A stretch of 64,000 nucleotides of DNA from Treponemataceae bacterium (GCA_963678065.2 CAXXVZ010000005.1:448001-512000); one strand, 5' to 3'; counted from the stretch's first letter, positions 1 to 10,066 are shown. Translations and numbers: made by a program. The notes: generated from the letters alone by a model not told the origin.

Positions 1-1066
1 AGCCCTCGGCCTCGAGAGTCTTTTTGGCCTTGGCGACGTCGAACTTGATGTCATATTTGGCCATGCCGGACTTGGCGACATCGGAGAAGGACTTCTTGAC
101 GGCGCTCATATTGGCCGGAACGGGGCGGGGACTCATCTTGCGGGTGATGTCGCGCTGGGAGATCGCCATCGCGAAGGCCTTGCGCACATTCTCGTTGTTG
201 AAGGGCTCGCGCAGGTTGTTCATGTAGAGGAAGACGAGATTGCCTTCGGGGAACCAGTACTTGTTGTTCTCGGGATCTGCCTTGACGTATTCGTCGGCGT
301 TCGGGAGGGAATAGGCCGCCCAGTCGTACTCACCATTCATGAGTTTGAAGGCGATCTGCTCGTTCGTCGTCGACACGTACTGGATGCCGTCGATGTAGGG
401 AAGCGGCTTGCCGTCCGTGCCCATCTGCCAGTAGTTCGGGTTGCGAACGATCCTGTAGGACTGCTCGTTGAAGGAGGCGAGGTCGAGCATGAAGGCTCCG
501 GTGCCGACCGGGTTGACGTTGCCCGTCCAGGTGACAGGATCGGCCACCTTGGACCAGATGGCCTTCGGAAGCACGTACATCGCGCCAAACTTCTCGAGCG
601 TCGTGACGTTGATGTCGTCGAACTTGAAAGTCACCGTGTTGCCCGATGCGGTGACGGCCTGGAGACCGTCAGACCAGAGGCCGGACATGTCGAGGGCCTT
701 GTTGGTCTTGCCGAGCATCGCGCCATAGACGACATCATCGGCCGTCATGGGGCTGCCGTCGTTGAACTTCACGCCCTGGCGCAGGGTGAAGGTGATCTCG
801 CGGAGGTCTTTGGACCACTGCCACTTTTCGGCGAGCCAGGGATTGGCCGAGCCGTTGGCCTGGTTGAAATAGAGGAGGGATTCGTAGATACAGCCCAGCG
901 TCGGATCGAGGCTGGCGGGGCTGAAGGGGTTGAAGTTCTTGATGAGGACGCCCTGCTTGGACGGTGTCATCTTGAGCATGCCGCCGCGTTTGGGGGATAC
1001 TTGAGCCGGCATCGCAGCCAGAACCACAGCGGCGAGGGCGAAAGCCACGAGAATGCGTTTCTTCAT
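1..1066 (-). CDS. ABC transporter substrate-binding protein, family 5 (peptide/oligosaccharide); 3' end runs off the window
   Basis: ATG at 1066 with AGGAGG RBS. Reads MKKRILVAFALAAVVLAAMPAQVSPKRGGMLKM...NFNPFSP...YEPLLYFN-like, PWLAEKWQWS, FTLRQGVKFNDGSPMTADDV. It is missing from the ORF track because it has no stop inside the window. Confidence 0.9.
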   Translation of the reverse strand, partial: MKKRILVAFALAAVVLAAMPAQVSPKRGGMLKMTPSKQGVLIKNFNPFSPASLDPTLGCIYESLLYFNQANGSANPWLAEKWQWSKDLREITFTLRQGVKFNDGSPMTADDVVYGAMLGKTNKALDMSGLWSDGLQAVTASGNTVTFKFDDINVTTLEKFGAMYVLPKAIWSKVADPVTWTGNVNPVGTGAFMLDLASFNEQSYRIVRNPNYWQMGTDGKPLPYIDGIQYVSTTNEQIAFKLMNGEYDWAAYSLPNADEYVKADPENNKYWFPEGNLVFLYMNNLREPFNNENVRKAFAMAISQRDITRKMSPRPVPANMSAVKKSFSDVAKSGMAKYDIKFDVAKAKKTLEAEG

Positions 1067-1084
1067 GGAAACCTCCTGAAGCTT

Positions 1085-1120
1085 AACCGGCGATAGCCGG
1101 TTTACCAGCTATCGCCGGTT
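1085..1120. repeat. 13-bp perfect inverted repeat in the 5' leader of the family-5 SBP
   Basis: AACCGGCGATAGC (1085-1097) and GCTATCGCCGGTT (1108-1120). Confidence 0.8.
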
Positions 1121-1264
1121 TGGCCGGCCTTCGCCGGTCTTGCCGGATCGTGCCGGCGTGAACATCTTCAAGGCATTATTGAGCCTTTTTCAGAGATCCG
1201 CAATATATTGTTTCAGTTTTTCTTCTTTTTTCATCATTCATAACACGATATTTCAATAACAACG

Positions 1265-1306
1265 AAAAAAAGCCCGTCCGCAGGCGATCGCGCGCCTGCG
1301 GACGGG
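1265..1306 (-). terminator. Rho-independent terminator of the sugar ABC operon
   Basis: 14-bp stem CCCGTCCGCAGGCG/CGCCTGCGGACGGG followed by 7 U on the minus strand. Confidence 0.9.
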
Positions 1307-1350
1307 TCAGTCTCAGGTCAGAAAGGCGTCAGTCCTTGCGGTCGGAATTC

Positions 1351-2283
1351 TCAGTCGTAGAGAAGGGGAAGCATCTCGGGGCTGTCCATATTGGTCTTGT
1401 CGTACCAGTGGAAACCGGTGTCGATGATCTTATCAAGCTTCTCGCCCTTGAGGGCCTTGACGGCGGCCTCGACGGTCTTGTAGCCGATGCCGACCGGGTC
1501 CTGGGTGATGGAGCCGGCCATCTCGCCCGAGCGGACCGCGTCTTTCTGCTGTTTTCCGGCATCGTATCCGATGACGACGAGCTTGCGCTTCATTTCCTTG
1601 ACTGCGTTGAGTACGCCGATGATGGAACCTTCGTTGGCGCCGAAGTAGCCCTTGAGGTTGGGGTTGGCCTGGAGAACGGCCTTGGCCAGGTCGGTGGACT
1701 TGAGCTGGTCGCCGCCGCCGTACTGGACAGACACGATTTTGATCTTGGGATACTTGGCTTTCATCTGGTTGACGAAGCCGTCGCGGCGGTCGATGCCGGT
1801 GCGGCTGGTCTGGTCGTGCACGAGGACGGCTACGTCGCCGGTCCCGCCGATGAGGGCGGCCATCTTGTCCGCAGCGAGAGCCGCGGCGGCGACGTTGTTC
1901 GTGGTGGCGGTGGCGAGGGGGATGTCGCTGTCGACGCCGGAGTCGAAGGCGATGACGGGGATGCCGGCGGCCTGGGCTTTCTTGAGAAGGGGAATGGCTG
2001 CCTTCGAGTCGAGGGCGGCAAAACCGATAGCCTGGGGCTTCTTGGCCAGGGCGGCCGTCAGCATGTCGATCTGCTTGTCGACCATGGCTTCGGTCTCGGG
2101 ACCTTCGAAGGTTACCCTGACGTTGAAATCCTTGGCCGCTTTCTCGGCGCCCAGCTTCACTGCCTGCCAGAACTGATGCTGGAAGCCCTTGGAGATGAGG
2201 GGAATGTAGATGGTCTGCGCGCCGGCAAAGGCGACGGCCATCACGAGCAGGACCACAGCCGCGAACAATTTCCTGTTCTTCAT
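1351..2283 (-). CDS. Monosaccharide ABC substrate-binding protein (RbsB-like; possibly L-fucose)
   Basis: Signal peptide MKNRKLF..AFAGA with AGGAGG RBS; periplasmic binding protein motifs IPVIAFDS and VIGYD. The SKGFQHQFWQAVK motif resembles, from memory, a fucose-type SBP. Confidence 0.9.
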   Translation of the reverse strand: MKNRKLFAAVVLLVMAVAFAGAQTIYIPLISKGFQHQFWQAVKLGAEKAAKDFNVRVTFEGPETEAMVDKQIDMLTAALAKKPQAIGFAALDSKAAIPLLKKAQAAGIPVIAFDSGVDSDIPLATATTNNVAAAALAADKMAALIGGTGDVAVLVHDQTSRTGIDRRDGFVNQMKAKYPKIKIVSVQYGGGDQLKSTDLAKAVLQANPNLKGYFGANEGSIIGVLNAVKEMKRKLVVIGYDAGKQQKDAVRSGEMAGSITQDPVGIGYKTVEAAVKALKGEKLDKIIDTGFHWYDKTNMDSPEMLPLLYD

Positions 2284-2403
2284 GAAAACCTCCTGGAAAA
2301 TCCTATCCACTTCCGGGGGTGGGCAGTCATATCTCTGGATGACCGCTTCCCCCGGAAGCAAACTCCCCTACGGGGAGATCGCACCGATACGAGTGCGCCT
2401 GCC

Positions 2404-3420
2404 TTACTTCTTGCGGCGCAGATTGTCCGTGTAGACGGCGAAGATGACGATGAGCCCCGTGACGACGGTCTGCCACTCCTGCGGAACGTTCATGATGCGC
2501 AGGCCATTGATGAGGACGCTCATGATGAAGGCGCCGATGACGGTGCCGAGGATGGTTCCCTCGCCGCCCGAAAGGGATACGCCGCCTATGACCGCCGCCG
2601 CGATCGCGTCGAGCTCGTAGCCCTGGCCGAGGGCCGGCTGGGCCGAGTTGAGCCGGGAGGCGATGAGGACGCCGGCCACGCCGACGATAGTTCCGGACAG
2701 GGTGTAGATGCCGATCTTCCACGCGTCGACGTCGACGCCCGAGAGCCGGACCGCTTCCTCGTTGCTGCCGATCGCGAAGTTGTAGCGTCCGAGCACCGTC
2801 TTGTTCAGGATGAAGCCCGCGATGGCCGCGACGCCGAAGAAGATGAGGACGGCGTTCGGAATCGCGAAGCCTGGAATGATCGCGGAGAGATCGAGCAAAG
2901 TGCCCATGGCGATGAGGTTGAAGGCCTCGGTGTCGACGAAGTAGATCGGCTTCGTACCCGATATGACGAGGGAGAGTCCTTTCACGATGAGCATCATGCC
3001 GAGAGTGACGATGAAGGGCGGCAGCTTGAGCTTGGAGACGAAGGTGCCCGAGATGCATCCGACGAGGGCGCCGGTGAGAAGGCCCGCGAGGACGCCGACA
3101 AGAATGGGCATGTGCCAGTAGGTTATGAAGACGCCCGTGATGACGGCGCAGAAGGTCATCAGGGTTCCGATGGACAGATCGATTCCGCCCGTGATGATGA
3201 CGAAGGTGACGCCGATGCCGAGAACGCCCGCGACGGCCGTCGACAGCATGATGGAGACCATGTTGTCGATCCTGAAGAAGTTGGGCGATGCGATGGTGAA
3301 GATGATCAGCATCACGACGAGGCTGGCGAAGGCCAGGAGTTTCTGTGTCGCACTCGAACCGAATTTCTGGGTGGGCGCCTTTACTGCCGTTTTTTCCGCA
3401 ACTGTTGACATTGTCTTCAC
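2404..3420 (-). CDS. Monosaccharide ABC permease (RbsC-like)
   Basis: TGGIDLSIG, LPPFIVTLG, AIGSNEEAVRLSG and YELDAIAAAVIGG motifs. Confidence 0.93.
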   Translation of the reverse strand: MKTMSTVAEKTAVKAPTQKFGSSATQKLLAFASLVVMLIIFTIASPNFFRIDNMVSIMLSTAVAGVLGIGVTFVIITGGIDLSIGTLMTFCAVITGVFITYWHMPILVGVLAGLLTGALVGCISGTFVSKLKLPPFIVTLGMMLIVKGLSLVISGTKPIYFVDTEAFNLIAMGTLLDLSAIIPGFAIPNAVLIFFGVAAIAGFILNKTVLGRYNFAIGSNEEAVRLSGVDVDAWKIGIYTLSGTIVGVAGVLIASRLNSAQPALGQGYELDAIAAAVIGGVSLSGGEGTILGTVIGAFIMSVLINGLRIMNVPQEWQTVVTGLIVIFAVYTDNLRRKK

Positions 3421-3433
3421 GTCTCCTTTGTTC

Positions 3434-4939
3434 TCAGTTCGCCTCGCGAAGGGTCGCGAGCCTCATGATATTTTCCTGGGTGATATCGCCGCCTGAGAGT
3501 TCGCCCGTGATGCGTCCCTCGCACATGACGAGGACGCGCGTGCAGAGCCTGATGACCTCCGGCATTTCCGAAGAGATCATGATGATGGTCTTGCCTTCCG
3601 CCGCGAGTCTGTTGAGCAGCTTGTAGATTTCGAACTTCGCGCCCACGTCGATGCCTCGCGTCGGCTCATCGAAAATGAGGATGTTGGAGTTCCTGACTAT
3701 CCACTTGGCGATGATGACCTTCTGCTGGTTGCCGCCCGAGAGGAATTTCACTTTCTGCGAGAGCGAAGGCGTCTTGATGGCGAGGGATTCGACGAATTCG
3801 CCGCCGGTTTTGCGTGTCAGCTTCGTATGGACGACGCCGATGAAGTTGAGGAATTTCTCCATCGAGGCCAGGACGACGTTGGTCTCCACGTCCATACCGA
3901 GGGCGAGGCCGTAGCGTTTGCGATCCTCGGAGAGATAGCCGATGCCGTGCTTCACGGCGTCCCGCGGCTGACGGATACGGACGGATTTGCCGGAAACCTG
4001 GATCTCTCCGGACTCCACGGGATCGGCGCCGAAGACGGCGCGCGCCACCTCGGTCCTGCCCGCCCCCATGAGGCCGGCAAAGCCCAGAATCTCGCCCTTG
4101 CGGACCTCGAAACAGGCATTCTTGATGGCGCGCCCGCGGTTCAGGTTCTTCACGGAAAGCACTACCTCGGAGGAACCGGCGATTCCGGGCGCCCTCGACA
4201 TCTCGTCGAGCTTGCGGCCGACCATCATGTTGATGATCTGGTCCATCTCGACGTCTGCGGCGTTCACGGTGTTGATCCAGGTGCCGTCGCGCATGACCGT
4301 GATGCGGTCGGCGATCTTCTTGATCTCGTCCATGCGGTGCGAGATGTAGATGATCCCGACCCCGCGATCCTTGAGGTGGCGGATGATCTGAAAAAGCTCC
4401 TCTATTTCCTTGTCGTTGAGGGCCGCGGTGGGCTCGTCCATGATGAGAAGCCCGGAGTTGAAGGACAGCGCCTTCGCGATTTCGATCATCTGCTGCTTGG
4501 CCACGACGAGATCCTTGACGCGGGTGCGCGGATCCAGGTCGAGGTGGAGCATTTCGAAAAGCTTCCGTGACTCGTCGTTCATCTTTTTTTCATCCACGAC
4601 GATGCCGAGGAAACTGCGGGGCTCCCTGCCTATGAAAATGTTCTGCGCGGCCGTCAGATGCTGGGCAAGGTTGAGCTCCTGGTGAATGATGCCGATGCCG
4701 AGGTGCCGGGCCGCCTTCGGATTGGGGATCTCGACCTCCGCGCCTTTGTAGACGATGGTGCCGGCATCCTTGGAATAGACTCCTGCAATGATTTTCATGA
4801 GGGTGGATTTGCCGGCTCCGTTCTCTCCGAGCAGAGCGTGGACCTCTCCCGCGCGGATATCGAACTTGACGTCCTTGAGGGCATTCACGCCGGGGAAGGA
4901 TTTGTTGATTCCCTCCAGCCGAAGAAGCTGTTCGCTCAC
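3434..4939 (-). CDS. Monosaccharide ABC ATP-binding protein (RbsA/MglA-like, two ABC domains)
   Basis: [22 protein letters not shown] and [12 protein letters not shown] motifs. Confidence 0.95.
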   Translation of the reverse strand: MSEQLLRLEGINKSFPGVNALKDVKFDIRAGEVHALLGENGAGKSTLMKIIAGVYSKDAGTIVYKGAEVEIPNPKAARHLGIGIIHQELNLAQHLTAAQNIFIGREPRSFLGIVVDEKKMNDESRKLFEMLHLDLDPRTRVKDLVVAKQQMIEIAKALSFNSGLLIMDEPTAALNDKEIEELFQIIRHLKDRGVGIIYISHRMDEIKKIADRITVMRDGTWINTVNAADVEMDQIINMMVGRKLDEMSRAPGIAGSSEVVLSVKNLNRGRAIKNACFEVRKGEILGFAGLMGAGRTEVARAVFGADPVESGEIQVSGKSVRIRQPRDAVKHGIGYLSEDRKRYGLALGMDVETNVVLASMEKFLNFIGVVHTKLTRKTGGEFVESLAIKTPSLSQKVKFLSGGNQQKVIIAKWIVRNSNILIFDEPTRGIDVGAKFEIYKLLNRLAAEGKTIIMISSEMPEVIRLCTRVLVMCEGRITGELSGGDITQENIMRLATLREAN

Positions 4940-4957
4940 CTTATAACCTCCGATTAT

Positions 4958-4971
4958 TGCAATCGATTACA
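4958..4971. promoter_or_regulatory. LacI-family operator, copy 1
   Basis: TGCAATCGATTACA is a near-palindrome with a central CG, just upstream of the ATPase RBS. It matches the copy at 5536. Confidence 0.75.
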
Positions 4972-4995
4972 GTTTTCATGCCAAAAACCTGCAAA

Positions 4996-5436
4996 TCAAT
5001 CCTTTGCGACAGGAATCACGCCTTTCTTTACGATAATATTTCCGTACGGCGTGGTTTCTCCCGTGATGACGACGGCAAAAGCCTTTTTCGTCCTCTCGTA
5101 GAAGGCGAAGCGCTCCATGCGCCCGATGGCCGGAGTCCCCGGCCAATGGCGATCCACGGCCGCCCGGTACGAGAGCTCGAGCTCCCTGTCGACAGCGTCT
5201 CCGGAAGAAGGCTGCATCATGACAAGGGGAGTGTCAACATAACTATCTACGTTGATTAGACTTAATATTCCATCAAGCAGTGGGGCTATCCTTATCCCGT
5301 CGGCGCGCAGCACCCGGGCGTTGAGGCTCTCGCCGGTAAAGAAGGCGTCTGCCAGAACAAGTTCGTCGCCGTGGCCCATCCTGTGAAGGAGGGCGAGCAG
5401 ATCCGGGCCGATCAGGGGCGATACTCCGATAAGCAT
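4996..5436 (-). CDS. RbsD/FucU family sugar mutarotase (L-fucose mutarotase-like)
   Basis: MLIGVSPLIGPDLL..MGHGDELVLADAFF, RFAFYERTKKAFAVVITGE and YGNIIVKKGV motifs. Confidence 0.9.
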   Translation of the reverse strand: MLIGVSPLIGPDLLALLHRMGHGDELVLADAFFTGESLNARVLRADGIRIAPLLDGILSLINVDSYVDTPLVMMQPSSGDAVDRELELSYRAAVDRHWPGTPAIGRMERFAFYERTKKAFAVVITGETTPYGNIIVKKGVIPVAKD

Positions 5437-5535
5437 GATGTCCCTCCGCGGTCGTTGCGGCGATAGCCTGGGGGTCACGGCGCAACTCTCTGAAAAACAT
5501 CATCAGACCGTTTTGCTAAACTGTCAAGTAAAAAA

Positions 5536-5549
5536 TGTAATCGATTAAA
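5536..5549. promoter_or_regulatory. LacI-family operator, copy 2, in the divergent promoter region
   Basis: TGTAATCGATTAAA in an AT-rich spacer between the fucU-like and pfkB-like genes. Confidence 0.75.
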
Positions 5550-5677
5550 ATTTTTCTTGCGGAATCCGGAAAGCGGCTCTATACTGGACGAAACCGGCGG
5601 GAAGGAATTCACGCGCGCCGCGCATCTGGATCAGACAGTTGCGCGAGGGCTCCAGGGCCGCCCGGAGGAGATGACGC

Positions 5678-6667
5678 ATGATAGTGTGTTGCGGCGAAGC
5701 TCTCGTCGACATGGTTCCGGCACAGACAGCGACCGGCGAAGTATCCTTCCAGCCCTGCCCCGGGGGAAGTCCCTACAACAGCGCGATAGCCCTCGGAAGA
5801 CTCGGGCGCGAAACCGGTTTCCTCGGCAATCTCTCGACGGATTTTTTCGGCGAGATGCTGGCAGGAAGGCTCAGACAGAATGGCGTCTCGACGGCCATGG
5901 CCAGGCGCGTCCCGAAGCCGAGCACTCTGGCCTTCGTGAATCTTCAGCCGGGAAAAGATCCCGAGTACGCTTTTTATATGGAAGGAACCGCGGACCGTTC
6001 GCTGCTCGCCTCCGATCTGCCGGAGAAACTGGACGGTATCGACTGCCTTCTCGCAGGCTCCATCTCCCTCGTCCTCGAGCCCTGCGGTGCGACCCTCGAG
6101 GACTTTCTCATCGGAGAATCCCGCCACCGGATTCTGTCCTTCGACCCCAATATCCGCCCTTCGATGATTCTCGACCGGGCCGCCTACCTCGGTCGCTTCT
6201 TCAGGCTCGTCAGCCACGCGGCCATCGTCAAGATTTCCGAAGTCGACCTCGCCTGGCTCTACCCCGGAATCGGCGGCGACGAAGCCTTCTTTCGGCTTTT
6301 CGGCTCCGCGACGGAGAAACGGCCCGACAACGAGCCACTCCTCGCCGTCCTCACGCGGGGAGGAGCGGGCGCCCAGGCCATATTCTTCAACGGGGGGCAG
6401 AGGGAAGAGGCGGCAGTCCCGGGATTGCCCGTGAAAGTCGTCGATACCATCGGCGCCGGCGACACCTTCCACGCCGGTCTTCTCGCCTGGCTCGACGGAA
6501 ACGGTTTCCTCTCGAAAAAAACCCTTCCGGCGATGGACTCCCGGAGGCTCGTCGAGGCATTATGGTACGCCAATGCCTCCGCGGCCCTCGCCTGCGGCAA
6601 GCGGGGAGCCGAACCGCCCTTTGCGTCGGAAGTCAGAAGTCTTCTGGAGAGGCGGAACCTCACATGA
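5678..6667 (+). CDS. PfkB family carbohydrate kinase (fructokinase-like)
   Basis: GEALVD, GGSPYNSA, FDPNIRP and DTIGAGDTF motifs. Confidence 0.92.
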   Translation: MIVCCGEALVDMVPAQTATGEVSFQPCPGGSPYNSAIALGRLGRETGFLGNLSTDFFGEMLAGRLRQNGVSTAMARRVPKPSTLAFVNLQPGKDPEYAFYMEGTADRSLLASDLPEKLDGIDCLLAGSISLVLEPCGATLEDFLIGESRHRILSFDPNIRPSMILDRAAYLGRFFRLVSHAAIVKISEVDLAWLYPGIGGDEAFFRLFGSATEKRPDNEPLLAVLTRGGAGAQAIFFNGGQREEAAVPGLPVKVVDTIGAGDTFHAGLLAWLDGNGFLSKKTLPAMDSRRLVEALWYANASAALACGKRGAEPPFASEVRSLLERRNLT

Positions 6668-6680
6668 AGGGGCGAGCTGC

Positions 6681-7691
6681 ATGACCAGCATCAAAGATGT
6701 CGCGGAGGCGGCGGGAGTCTCCACGGCGACCGTCTCCCGCGTCCTCGCGGACAAGCCGCACATCCGAAAGGAAATCCGCGAGCGTGTGCTGGCAGCTGTC
6801 GAAAAGCTCAACTACAGGCCCAACAGGGTCGCGCGGAGCCTGCGCAACCGCCAGTCGAACACGATCGGCCTCGTGGTCGCGGACATCCGGAATCCCTTCT
6901 TCACCTCGCTGAGCCGCGCCGTGGAGGACGTGGCCTACGCGCGGGACATGAGCGTATTCCTGTGCAATTCCGACGAAAACACGCGCAAGGAGACCCTCTA
7001 CCTCGACCTTTTGCGGGACGAACATGTCGCCGGCATCATAATCGCCCCGACAGCCCACACGGCCGACACCTTCTCGCGCGAGGTCAAACTCGACCTCCCC
7101 GTCGTCGTGATAGACAGGCGTGTCAGCTCCGGCGACGTCGACTCTGTCGTGATGGACAATGTCGACGGAGCGTTCAGGCTCACGAGCCACCTCCTCGATG
7201 ACGGCTACCGCCGCATCGGGGCGGTCTTCAGCATCGACATCAGCACGGGGCGGGAACGCCACGAGGGCTTCCTCAAGGCACACGCCGCCCGCGGCCTGGA
7301 AGCCGATCCCAGCCTCGTCTGTTTCACCGAAAACAGGGAAATCAATGGCTACGAGGCCGCCGCGACCCTGCTCGGAATGGACAGGCCGCCCGATATCATC
7401 TTCGCGACGAACGGCGTGATGTCGACAGGTGTCTTCCGGCTCCTGCACGAGCGCGGCATACGGATTCCCGAGGACATAGGTCTCGCGGGATTCGACGAGA
7501 CTCCCTGGTTCGACCTCGTAAGCCCGGCCATGACCATCTTCAAGCAGCCGACCTACGAGATCGGCAAGACCGCCACCGAACTTCTCCTGAACCGCATCGC
7601 CGAGCCGGATCGCCCGGCCCGGGACATCGTGCTCAAGGGCAAACTCGTCGTGCGCGACTCGTGCAGGCGGCCGGGCTCGGCGACGCACTGA
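6681..7691 (+). CDS. LacI family transcriptional regulator
   Basis: TSIKDVAEAAGVSTATVSRVL HTH, YRPNRVARSL hinge and a sugar-binding domain. Confidence 0.95.
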   Translation: MTSIKDVAEAAGVSTATVSRVLADKPHIRKEIRERVLAAVEKLNYRPNRVARSLRNRQSNTIGLVVADIRNPFFTSLSRAVEDVAYARDMSVFLCNSDENTRKETLYLDLLRDEHVAGIIIAPTAHTADTFSREVKLDLPVVVIDRRVSSGDVDSVVMDNVDGAFRLTSHLLDDGYRRIGAVFSIDISTGRERHEGFLKAHAARGLEADPSLVCFTENREINGYEAAATLLGMDRPPDIIFATNGVMSTGVFRLLHERGIRIPEDIGLAGFDETPWFDLVSPAMTIFKQPTYEIGKTATELLLNRIAEPDRPARDIVLKGKLVVRDSCRRPGSATH

Positions 7692-7793
7692 ACCGGATTC
7701 ATCAGTCCTGCGGGGTATGAAACCCAGCTCCGAACCAAAGCGTGGATTTTTCGCTGGAATATGGGTCGGAGACTTGTTTTTTTGACTTTCTTG

Positions 7794-7812
7794 ATATATC
7801 TATAAGATATAT
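7794..7812. promoter_or_regulatory. Putative PadR autoregulatory operator overlapping the promoter and start codon
   Basis: Perfect 8-3-8 inverted repeat ATATATCT-ATA-AGATATAT; TTGACT at 7782. Confidence 0.7.
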
Positions 7813-8356
7813 GACAGATGGAAGGACAGGCTTCCTTATTCTCGGCCTTCTGGCCGAGGAGCCGCACTCAGGATACGAGATCCGGAAAATCACGGAAATC
7901 CGTTTCAGGTTTTTCTGGAGCGAAAGTTTTGGTCAGATATACCCGGCCCTGAAAAAGCTCGAGGCGGAGCGACTGGTGACATCGACGCTGGCAGGCGGAC
8001 GCCGCAAGAGGATGTATGCGATCACGGCGACCGGCAGGCAGGAACTTTCGCGCTGGCTCGACAAGCCGGCGGCGGCGGAAACCGCACGGTTTGAGGCGAT
8101 CCTCAAGTTTTCATTCGCGTGGGCGATGAGTCCGGAGAAAACCAGGGAACATATAGAAGACTTCAGGGCGCGTCAGACGGAGAACCTCGGAGAGCTCGAG
8201 GCGTTCAGACAAGAACTGGAATCCATACCCGATCCTTACGGCAACCACGACATCGCGCTCATGACGATAGAACTCGGCCTCGCGACATACAAGGCCTGGA
8301 GGGACTGGAGCGACAGGGTGCTCGCGACCAGGAAAGCAGGGGGAGGAAAGACATGA
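7811..8356 (+). CDS. PadR family transcriptional regulator (AphA-like C-terminus)
   Basis: ILGLLAEEPHSGYEI, FFWSESFGQIYPALKKL and KRMYAITATGR motifs. Confidence 0.92.
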   Translation: MTDGRTGFLILGLLAEEPHSGYEIRKITEIRFRFFWSESFGQIYPALKKLEAERLVTSTLAGGRRKRMYAITATGRQELSRWLDKPAAAETARFEAILKFSFAWAMSPEKTREHIEDFRARQTENLGELEAFRQELESIPDPYGNHDIALMTIELGLATYKAWRDWSDRVLATRKAGGGKT

Positions 8357-9213
8357 ACGAGAGGATGAAGGAAAACACGACGACTGCGACAACCGCGATG
8401 ACCGCGGCCAGGGGAAGCCGGAGAGGCCGGATGCGCTATCTGGTCCAGACGGTTTCGCTGCTGGTCTTTCCCGTGACGCTGAACTACATGTCGCCCTATG
8501 TCATACTCGACGGGGCTTTCCAGGGGATCGTGACGGGGTCGGCGCTGCTCTTCGTGGCGCTGTTCCTGACCGCGCCCTTCCTCGGAAGATCCTGGTGCGC
8601 CTGGGTCTGTCCGGCCGGAGGGATCCAGGATCTGCTCGCAAAGACAAATCCTTCGCGCTTCGGCGGCGCGAAGGGCAAAGGCGCGGACCTCGTCAAATAC
8701 CTCATCTGGGCAGTCTGGATGGGGACGATCACGTTCGCATTCTCCAGGGCGGGGATCAGGGCCGTGCATCCCCTGCATCTGACGGAAACGGGGATATCGG
8801 TCGACGCTCCGCTGCGGTACATCATCTACTACGGCGTCATCGCGATATTCTTTGTCGCGGCGCTGCTTCTGGGCAAGCGCGCCGCCTGCCACTCGCTCTG
8901 CTGGATGGCGCCTTTCATGATTCTGGGTCGAAAGCTCGGCGATCTCGCCCGTCTGCCGGGAATCCGGCTTGTGGCTTCTCCGGAGCGCTGTGTGTCATGC
9001 GGAAACTGCGCGCGGGTCTGCCCGATGAGCCTCGATGTGGGAACAATGGCGAAGACAGGGAGGGCCGGACATGCAGAATGCATTCAGTGTGGGCTCTGCG
9101 CGGAAGGCTGTCCGGCCGGAGCCCTCAGGCTCGGATTCGGGAAAGCCGGAAGAAACGGGGCAGGCGCGGGAATGGGCAGGGCACAGGCCGGAGAAAAGCG
9201 GAGGATAGACTGA
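8353..9213 (+). CDS. Membrane 4Fe-4S binding protein (NapH/MauN-like polyferredoxin)
   Basis: ATGA overlap with padR; several TM helices; WCAWVCP, CHSLCW, CVSCGNCARVCP and CIQCGLCAEGCP motifs. Confidence 0.88.
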   Translation: MNERMKENTTTATTAMTAARGSRRGRMRYLVQTVSLLVFPVTLNYMSPYVILDGAFQGIVTGSALLFVALFLTAPFLGRSWCAWVCPAGGIQDLLAKTNPSRFGGAKGKGADLVKYLIWAVWMGTITFAFSRAGIRAVHPLHLTETGISVDAPLRYIIYYGVIAIFFVAALLLGKRAACHSLCWMAPFMILGRKLGDLARLPGIRLVASPERCVSCGNCARVCPMSLDVGTMAKTGRAGHAECIQCGLCAEGCPAGALRLGFGKAGRNGAGAGMGRAQAGEKRRID

Positions 9214-9235
9214 CCCCGGGGCGCTTCCCGGAAAG

Positions 9236-9976
9236 TCAGGCCGGGCGCCGCAGCTCGGCGAGCTTCGCGAGGGCACTCTCCAGGTGGGAGCGGATCGCGG
9301 CGCTCGCGGCTTCGGGATCGCGCGCCCCGATCGCGTCGACGAGGGCGCGATGTTCGTCGAGCACCTTGCCGGACCAGTTCTCCAGGGCGAGCAGCCGCGT
9401 CCGGGAGATGACGATGTAGCGCTCCATCGTCGCCGAGAGCCCCTCGTAGACCCTCTCCAGCACGGGATTGTGGCAGGCGTTCACGATGAGGCTGTGGAGG
9501 AGGCTGTCCCAGGCCGCACCCGACGAGGAGCCCCTGTCAGGGTCGTTCTGCACGGCTTCGAGATGGCTCACGCACTCCTTCATGCGGGCGAGCTCCTCCT
9601 CCGTCCTGCGCGCCGCGGCGAGAGAAGCGGCCGGGACTTCGATGACGAGACGCATCTCCATGAGGTGGGAGAGTATGTCCTCAGGCCACATCGCGAGGAA
9701 CTTGAGGCTGGCGGCATAGTCGCCGGCTCCCTGGGCGACGATGAAGGTCCCCTGACGCTCGCGTATTTCGACGATTCCCATGACTTCCAGGGTGATGATG
9801 GCCTCGCGCAGGAGGTTGCGGCTGACCCCGAGGCTGGCGGCGAGCTCACGCTCGGGAGGAAACTGTCCGGCCGGAAAGCGCCCCGGCTGGCGGATGAGGT
9901 CGGTCAGGGTCCTGAGAAGCTCGGCGCGTTTTTTTTCCAAAATCACCCTCCGGCGGAACGATTCACGCTTTGACAT
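9236..9976 (-). CDS. GntR family, FadR subfamily transcriptional regulator
   Basis: FPPERELAASLGVSRNLLREA wHTH plus an FCD domain (MEMRLVIE, EHRALVDAI). Confidence 0.93.
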   Translation of the reverse strand: MSKRESFRRRVILEKKRAELLRTLTDLIRQPGRFPAGQFPPERELAASLGVSRNLLREAIITLEVMGIVEIRERQGTFIVAQGAGDYAASLKFLAMWPEDILSHLMEMRLVIEVPAASLAAARRTEEELARMKECVSHLEAVQNDPDRGSSSGAAWDSLLHSLIVNACHNPVLERVYEGLSATMERYIVISRTRLLALENWSGKVLDEHRALVDAIGARDPEAASAAIRSHLESALAKLAELRRPA

Positions 9977-10066
9977 CCCGCCTTCGTGCCGGCGACAGGT
10001 GGCTTGTCGATTCCTTGACGACAGTATACGCGAGTGCTAGAATAAAGACAAGGTCGTGGTACTGCC

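Noticed and set aside
1096..1156. CRISPR array or mobile-element ends (also the repeats at 18006, 28862 and 39721)
   Set aside because: The units are too short, there is no repeat-spacer structure, and no cas, transposase or integrase gene is in the window.
1336..3408. Long antisense ORFs (690 aa here; also 36513-38408, 48326-50317, 55449-57233, 10037-11596 and others)
   Set aside because: They are shadow frames of well-supported genes in GC-rich DNA, with no motifs or RBS.
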